Shown: positions 51,201 through 60,200 of the stretch, in pieces
Layout: every line of letters starts with the position of its first letter
How positions within the stretch are numbered: position 1 is the stretch's first letter
Assembly (NCBI RefSeq): GCF_001194135.2
Contig: NC_068989.1
Span: forward strand, 35,620,708 to 35,684,707
Reading direction: 5' to 3'
DNA: 64,000 bases
From: Octopus bimaculoides
Lineage: Eukaryota
Program-made: the position numbers and the translations under genes
The notes under the pieces: model-generated
Told to the model about the DNA's origin: nothing
Database searches by the model: none
Seen by the model: the letters and a program-made list of their open reading frames with translations, nothing else

Positions 51201-54200
51201 GTTACACAATAATGTATGATAAATTCAAAACATTGTGAATAAATAAGCAATACATTTGACAAAGAAATCTGGGTGTGTTATGGTGGAATCTGAACACTCC
51301 CATGAATGGATAAAGGAACGGTTTTGAAATGTAAAAATATACATGCATGCTGGAGATAGCAGAACAGTGTCATATGCACCAAAATTTGCTGTTAAATCAT
51401 TTGTGATTCCTGTCGCAGATAAATTGTGTTATCTTTTGTTGAAGGTTCTTCCTTGCAGGTGTGCCTATGATTGAAGTTGTTCAATTTTGTTGAATACTGT
51501 TGCTGTTTTGCCTGCGGGCCTGTGTTTTTTGTTTGTTGTTTTTTTTCCCCATTTTGGGGTGAAGAGACTCAGAAAAAAATGATGAATTACAAACCAGTTC
51601 AGGCCCATACTGGGAACTATGCTTCAGCAGCTGGAAAACGTATCACTGCGACAGATTCACTGGAAGTGCGGGAAGTCAGAACTGAACCAGAGAAGTTGGA
51701 AGAGTACAACGAGCTGATCCAGAAGGAGGGGTCAAGTTTAAGGTTGACCTCTCCAGAAGAACTAACCAACAAAACAAAAAGGGGGACAGTAGTTTACAGA
51801 ACACTGTCCGCAACCAGTAAGAAGACTGAGATAGTTACAGAAGAAGCTATAGAGAAATGTCTGGAAGAAGTAAAGAGTGTTGCAACATTCTACACTAGAG
51901 GTAGAAGATACGGCACAGTGGAGGTGAGGTTTTCTACCGAACAAGAGGCAATAAATCACTCCACTGTGACACTGAGGTCACAAGAATGGGTACTCCTGCT
52001 GACCTACTGCAGTAAAAGAGTCGCAAGAATTAGGATAGGCAGGCTACCACTGGAAATTGAAGAAGTGTGGCTGGTGGCAGCTGTGATACACGGAACCCAC
52101 GAAGATGCAACGATATTAAAAGTGGCAAGAACAAAGAAAATGAAGGGGTTACGACCTGGAAATGGTCATCTAGGTCACCCAGCAAAACCTGAACGAAATA
52201 GAAGAGGTGTTGCTACCTGAGGACATAAGGCTGAGAGTGGTGGTAGAAGGAAGACCTCCAACATGCTACCACTGTGGAGAAAAGGGACACATCAAAATAA
52301 AGTGCCCCCAGATAAACAATGAAACCAAAGAAAACCAGCATGAACAAAGTCAGAATGCCGAAATGACAAGCCCAGCCCAGGAGAAGTGTATAGAAGACAC
52401 AAGAAGGATTTGCAGAAGTACCCAAAAGAAAGAGAAAGGAAATAGTAAATACATCCTCGAAAAGCCCCAAAAAGAAAAGGAAGAATAGTAAAACAGAAGA
52501 CATTGTACAGCAAACACACAATACACAAGACACACTCACAACAAACAAGATGAGGACAAATATCCATCAAATGTAAATAATGCAAATAATGTACATAATT
52601 CCTCATCTCTTAAATATAGAACTGTATATCCATATAATATTACGGAATTTTTATTGCATTTTTTCAATTTTGTTAAGTATTTTCTTTTATTTTGTATCTT
52701 TTAGTTGTTTCAACCATTGGACTGCAGCCATGCTGGGGCACTGCCTTGAAAGGGTTTTTGTCAAAGTAATCGACCCCAATACTTACTCTTATAAGCTTAA
52801 TGCTTATTCTATTGAACTTATGCTGAACTGCAAAGTTATGAGGATGTAACTTACCCGCACTGGTTGTCAAGTGAGGGTGAGGAATACACAATCACAAAGA
52901 TACACACAGATATATACATGCATACGTATGTGTGTGTGTGTATGTATACATATAAATGTATTTCACAGGCTTCTTTCACTCTCCACCCACCAAATCCACT
53001 AACAAAACTTTGGTCAGTCTAGGACCATAGTAGAAGACACTTGCTAGGTGACACACAGTGGGACCAAACCTGGAACCTTGTTGTTGGGAAGCAAACTTAT
53101 TACCACACAGCCACAACTGTGAGAAATTATTGCTTTTAAATCAAAAAATTTTTTCATTAACTATATGTTTTAAAAATTTTATTTTAAAAATGTATATATT
53201 ATTTCTCCAAAGTACAAGAGTTAACATTTGACCTTTTGCAAAAGTTTAGTAAAGTTTTTTGGACAAGGCATATGTTTAAAGAATATATTTGTTAGAAAAA
53301 AATCCACTCTTTAAATTTTCAGGTACTTAATGAACAGAAGTAAATCAATTCTGGTTAGATTTGAACTCAGAACTTACCAGTTTATTGTCCTAACAAAAGT
53401 AAATATTATCATTTATGTTTGACTTGTTTCAATCAATGAGCTGCAGACATGTTGGGGTACCTTGATGGTTTAGTTGAACAAATCAACCTCAGTACTGATT
53501 TTTTAAGTTTGGTCATTTATCTGTTAGTATTTTTTGCTGAATTAAAAAAAAACACACACACACATTCTCAATTGCTGGGGGGGGGGCCTCTTTTGAGGTA
53601 GTTGATAATTTCTGCTACTTAGGGGACCAAGTTAGTCATGGGGGAAGATGTATGGAGAGTGTAATAGCTAGAAGAATAGGATGGAGAAAATTCAGAGAGC
53701 TTTTACTCATGTCGGCAACCAATGGTTTCTCTCTCCAAGTGACAGGAAGATTGTATGATGCATGTATACAAACAGCAACTTTACATGATGATGAGACGTG
53801 GGCCCTGAATGCAGAGGACATGCAAAAGTTAGAGAGGAATGAGGCTAGTATACTCTGCTGGATGTGTAATGTAAGTGTACATATGTGACAAAGTGCTAGT
53901 GTATTAAGTGAGAAGTTAGGCATAAGAGGAATCAGATGCAGTGTGTAAGAGAAAAGACTGCAGTAGTTTGGTCATGTGAAGTGGATGAATGTCAACAGCT
54001 TCATAAAGAAATGCTGATATCTCAAAGTGTATAGAACTCATGGAAGAGAGAGAACCAAAAAGATATTAATAGACAACCTCAGGAATCTGAACCTTTTGAA
54101 CAAGATGATAATGGACTGAGATACCGTTTCTCCATGGCAGAAGTGTTAAGGCCACTCCTCCTGGTGAAGAGTACTGGCCTTCAAGAGTTCTGTGCTGGTA

Positions 54201-57200
54201 CCATGTGAAAAGCACTCATGCTGGTACCACATTAAAAGCACCCAGCACACACTGTAAAGCGGTTGGTGTTAAGAAGGACATCCAGCCATAGAAACCAAGC
54301 CAAATCAGACTGAACCTGGTGCAACTCTTCAGCCAGTCAGCTCTGGACAAATCGTCCAACCCATGTCAGCATGTAAAACAGATGTTAAAGGATGATGATG
54401 AGGATGATACACACATAACAAGCTTTCACATATTTTCCATCTATCAAATTCATTACAAGGCTTACAGTAGAATATAATTGCTTACAAGGGTCACAGTACA
54501 AGACACTTGCTTAAGATGCCACTCAGTGGGACTGGACCCCAAAATGACATGGTTGCAAAGTTGGCTTCTTAATCTCACAGTTATGTCTGTGTCTATATAT
54601 ATAGCAATATAACAGAGTAATTTGATACATAAAAACTTACCAAATCTTTGCTGTGTTCTAAGGCCTTTAGCATTCTCAAAGCAGTAACAGAATTCATTTT
54701 ACTATTCTTGATATCTTTAGCAATTGCCATCAGTCTCTTTGTCATATCATTGATTTTTTCGTTTGTTCTATTGAGTTTCTTTTGCTCTTTAATAACTGGC
54801 TGCATTAGTTGATTGACTTTGTGCATAGCTACAAGGGAAATTTCAAGAAAATCAATTGAAACATAAACAAAATATAAAGTCTATTACACTTTTGCCTTTG
54901 GTGTGCAAGATTCTTGCTGTAAATTTGTGAGTTGAAACAAATTTTGTGGTACCTTGAGATGGTGATTATATTAATAGTAAACACATGGACAGGTTCCATT
55001 TCATTTTTTTTATTATTAGTCACTTGGTTAGTTATTTAAAAACCTAACTAACTGATTGCTTGCATAATCAGTCGGTTAATCAATCAATCAGTTGTTTGCC
55101 AAAGTCCTTTGATCACCATTCATAACCTCATAAATGACATGCCCGCTCTCCTCCAGGTCTGCTGAGATTAACCAACCAATTAACCCTTTAACATTTAAAC
55201 CGGCCACATCTGGCCAAAATGGTCTCCCTGTTTTGTGCTCAAACTGGCTAGATCCAACCTCTTACACCTAGCCTACAATGTTAGTCTAAAAAATATACAG
55301 CCACATAATCGAAATCTCAAGGCTACAAGATAATGAGGATAAATTCAAAACAATGTAAATAAATAAGCCTTACATTTGATAGAGTAATCTGAATGCTAAA
55401 GGGTTAAGTAAGCAATCAATTATTTATTTAGTTAAATAACTAACCAACTGACTAGTAATAAAGAAGTGAAATTGGACAATTCCATGTGTTTATCATTGGT
55501 GTAATGACCCTCTCAAGATATAAGAAAAAATGTACAGTCAACTGTCTTTAATTAGATACAGAAACAAACCAAAAACAAAAGAAATGTATTTCTGTTGTAC
55601 TGGATATACAATGTAAATGGATGACAGAAAGGGTTGCAAACAAGGACAAGAGGTTGAGGGACGGACAAAAGGAATTCAATGTATAAAAGAGAAAGTCAGC
55701 AATGAAGCAAAGATAAGGAAACTAATAAGGCCTACACAGAAATGGATGAATGACACATCATCTGTTCATTAGACTTAGTAACAAACTGAGTCTAATATTA
55801 TTTCTATTTATTTATTTATTGCTTTTACGCATTCTGCTATTGGGCGACAAGGAGACGACTTTATATCTAGCATGGGTCACCTACATGCAGGTCGCTGACT
55901 ACATGCTTCCGACCCGTCAGTGTTGCATGCTTCACCACCTTCCCATCGCCGCAGGACTTCCGAATAAAAAAAAAAAAGAGAATGGTGTCAAGCAGGGTGA
56001 CATCCTTGCCCCAACTCTCTTTTCTTTGTACTTTGCTGCTGCTTTTACTCATGCTTTTGCTAAGGTTAGCTCTCTGGGAATTTATGTCAGATATCGATCT
56101 TCTGGCCGCCTCTTTAATCTTCGCCGATTTGCTGCCAATTCAAAGGTTCTCCAGTCTATTATTCGTGACCTCCTTTATGCAGATGACTGTGACTTAGTCA
56201 CTCATACAGTGGATGACATGCAAATACTCATNNNNNNNNNNNNNNNNNNNNNNNNNNNNNNNNNNNNNNNNNNNNNNNNNNNNNNNNNNNNNNNNNNNNN
56301 NNNNNNNNNNNNNNNNNNNNNNNNNNNNNNNNNNNNNNNNNNNNNNNNNNNNNNNNNNNNNNNNNNNNNNNNNNNNNNNNNNNNNNNNNNNNNNNNNNNN
56401 NNNNNNNNNNNNNNNNNNNNNNNNNNNNNNNNNNNNNNNNNNNNNNNNNNNNNNNNNNNNNNNNNNNNNNNNNNNNNNNNNNNNNNNNNNNNNNNNNNNN
56501 NNNNNNNNNNNNNNNNNNNNNNNNNNNNNNNNNNNNNNNNNNNNNNNNNNNNNNNNNNNNNNNNNNNNNNNNNNNNNNNNNNNNNNNNNNNNNNNNNNNN
56601 NNNNNNNNNNNNNNNNNNNNNNNNNNNNNNNNNNNNNNNNNNNNNNNNNNNNNNNNNNNNNNNNNNNNNNNNNNNNNNNNNNNNNNNNNNNNNNNNNNNN
56701 NNNNNNNNNNNNNNNNNNNNNNNNNNNNNNNNNNNNNNNNNNNNNNNNNNNNNNNNNNNNNNNNNNNNNNNNNNNNNNNNNNNNNNNNNNNNNNNNNNNN
56801 NNNNNNNNNNNNNNNNNNNNNNNNNNNNNNNNNNNNNNNNNNNNNNNNNNNNNNNNNNNNNNNNNNNNNNNNNNNNNNNNNNNNNNNNNNNNNNNNNNNN
56901 NNNNNNNNNNNNNNNNNNNNNNNNNNNNNNNNNNNNNNNNNNNNNNNNNNNNNNNNNNNNNNNNNNNNNNNNNNNNNNNNNNNNNNNNNNNNNNNNNNNN
57001 NNNNNNNNNNNNNNNNNNNNNNNNNNNNNNNNNNNNTAAGGAGGGGATCGACACTTTTGAGAGAGCATGTAACCAGCATGAAGAACTTAAGTGAGCTGCA
57101 CGAAAGCGCACGGCTCATATAGTGAATGGGGAAAGCTTAATCTGCAATGTTTGCAGTCTTGTATGCTTGTCAAGAGCAGGGCTCATTAGCCACCAACGGA

Positions 57201-60200
57201 ACCGCAAATGCAAAATATAAGTTAGTCCTAGAGCGCACAATGTTCCTGAAGGTCAGCAATGGTCTTCCTTGGTCACGAGTGGATGGCCATCATCATGTGA
57301 GTGTATGTGATGTGTTTATATGTGTGAGAGTGTGAATGTTAGTGAATGTGTGTTTCCATGTGTATGTGAATATGGATGAATGTGTGTGTGCGTGTGTGTG
57401 AGTATGTGCATGTGTGTATATATGTCTATGGATGTCTGTGTGAGTGTGTGTTAATGTGTATGTATATGTGTGTACAAGTGTGTATTTGTGTGTGTGTGTG
57501 TGTGTGTGCATGCATCTAATAAACTTAAAATAGAGTATAAATCATTTTTACTTTTGTTAGCTTCATCCAACTCCTTTTCAGATTTTTGCTGAGGTTTCAT
57601 GAAGTTTCTGTCAATAATTGCCTTCTTAAGTTTATGAGCTTTTTCCAACAACTGTTCCAGGGTTTCTTGTTTTTCACCTATATTGATCTGTCTGATATAG
57701 TTGATCATATCTGAAAACATAAGAGGAGGGGTTGGAATAAAAAAATTCATTAAGTTTTAGTAAAGATACATGGATACATGTTTAATCTTCACACACACAC
57801 ACGCACACTTATATAACGAATGGAATTACTCTACTAAGAAACAGTTTTGAGAAACAGTCTTTGAGTCCATCTTCTTCACAGGAATTTTAAATCACAAGTC
57901 AACTTGAGTTGAAGCCAGTCTATCACTCCAGTAACTGTACTCATTGTACTTCAGCACGATAGTACTTCAATAACTAGAAGTAGAAGGTTAGTTGATTATA
58001 GCAACCCCAGTGTTCAACTAGTTCTTCTTTCACCAGCTCCGAAAGGATGAAAAGCAAAGTCAACCCTAGTGGAATCTGAACTCAGAAAACATTAAATCAC
58101 AATTACAAAATATGAACAAAATCTATGTTGAAAATGTAAAGGGCAGTTGTAAGGAGGAGGCAGAAAAAAAAACCAACAGAAATGATTAAAAATCTAAAAA
58201 AAAAAAGCTGAAAATTGTTATTACATATTGTTATGCTATGGTAAGGAAAGCTCTTACATGGCCAGTACCTAAAAAGGGTGAACAGAGAAGAAATGGGTAA
58301 AAACAAATACAGTATTGACTGAGGCAGTCAAAAGTGAGATTGGATATTTTTTATTGCAGGTTACAAAAAATGTCAGGTTTACAAAGAAATCTTATGAGGT
58401 GGGGAAAAAATTGAATGAGATATAAAAAATACTTTTGGGTGATAATAAAGTCTTTTTGATATTGAGGAACTCCAACTAAAGGTATATAGGAACTCTATAG
58501 ATCTAGGTTCTCCTGACTAGCGAAAGCAAGTTCCCTTTTTCAACAGTTGTTCTCCAACTTACTGCTGCTTACTAAGAACAGAGTCATTCACTCTTGCCAA
58601 TTTTCACCTCTGACACACTTTTGAAAAAGAAAAAAAATTACTGAAAGAGAGCAACTCTCTCTTCACTTTCATCTTCCTTTCTAAATGAAACTTTAAAAAA
58701 GAGGTTCATGAGAACCTGTTTGAAGAGGAAAGTATGTTTTCAGTCCTCTCAGCCTCATGCATCACACCTCTTTCCCTACAGCCACCAGACAAAAGAATAC
58801 TGCCAACTTATTTGATTAAAGGAGTGCAGTGGAGCAATGGCTGGATCCACGTTACATTCAACATCATCCGTCTGACATTAACTTCATAACTTAGTAATGT
58901 TCAGACAGGCCCATCTTGATACTCTGTGCCTGTATAGTTTCCCTAAAACTGGTAGTGTTCCTCACTAATACTTCCAGCCCCCAAACAATTCATTGGTCAA
59001 TTAATCCGTTAGCATTCAAACCGGTCATATCCAGCCCATATATTCTATCTGTTTTATGTTCAAAGCAACCAAATCCAGTCTTTCACATCTATCCTACAAT
59101 GTTATTCTAAAAACAAACAATTACATCTTTGAAATCTATGAGACAATGCATGATTAATTTAAAACAATGTGAACAAATAAGCATTAGATTTGATAGAGTA
59201 ATCTGAATGCTAAAGGGCTAAGTTAAATACTCTATTGCTCCTTCTTCACTCTCAACTTCTTTTCTTTCTAAGTGGAACTTTAAAATAGTCAGTGAGGGAT
59301 TGACTGAAGAGAAAAGTGTGTCTTCAGTCCTCTTAACCTCATTCACCACACAACCTCTTTCTCTATAGTCAGCAGTCAAAGGAAAACTACTTGCCTGTAT
59401 TTTTGTTAAAGGGCAGTGAAGTAATCTTTATGATAGGCTTGGCCACTGGTTAGACCCACCCTACACACAGCTGTTTGAAATAAATCTATATCTCAGTAAT
59501 GATCAGACACATGCAAAATAGTCCCATTGCTCTACATGCATCTCAGACAAACCTGTCTGACAGCACTCCAGGCTTTTAGTTTATCTAAAACTGGTTGTAC
59601 TCTTCACTAATGCTCCCAGCCCAATAATGATTCATGTGTCCAACTATAATTGTACATTTCATCCTCATTATCATTTTAACATTCACTTATCCATAGGCTG
59701 AACAGAGTTTATTGAAGGAGATTTTCTACGGCTTTCATCACTCTTCACCTTTTCTAAACAAGGTAATATTTCCCTATGGCCAGACATCATTATCATCATC
59801 ATTTAATATCTGTCTTCCATGTAGGCATGGGTTGGATAGTTTTAGAGGAGTTGGTAAGCCAGAGGACAGCACTAAGTTCCACTGTCCACTTTGGCATGGT
59901 TTTTACAGCTGGATGCCCTTCCTAACACCAACCACTCTAAAGAGTAGTGTGAATGCTTTTTCTGTGGTACTAGCACCATCTTTTGTTTTGTTTTGTTTTT
60001 TGTTAAAAAGACATTTTCATGTTTTCACAGAATATTAGAAATTAATTTCACTGCTTGAGACATTCATTTACAACTATCACATAATGTCAAGAGAAGGAGA
60101 TAGAAACACACAGGCTTCTTTCAGTTTCCATCTACAGGACACACTTACAAGACATTGTCACCCTGGGGCTATAGCAGAAGACATGTGCCCAAGTGCTATG

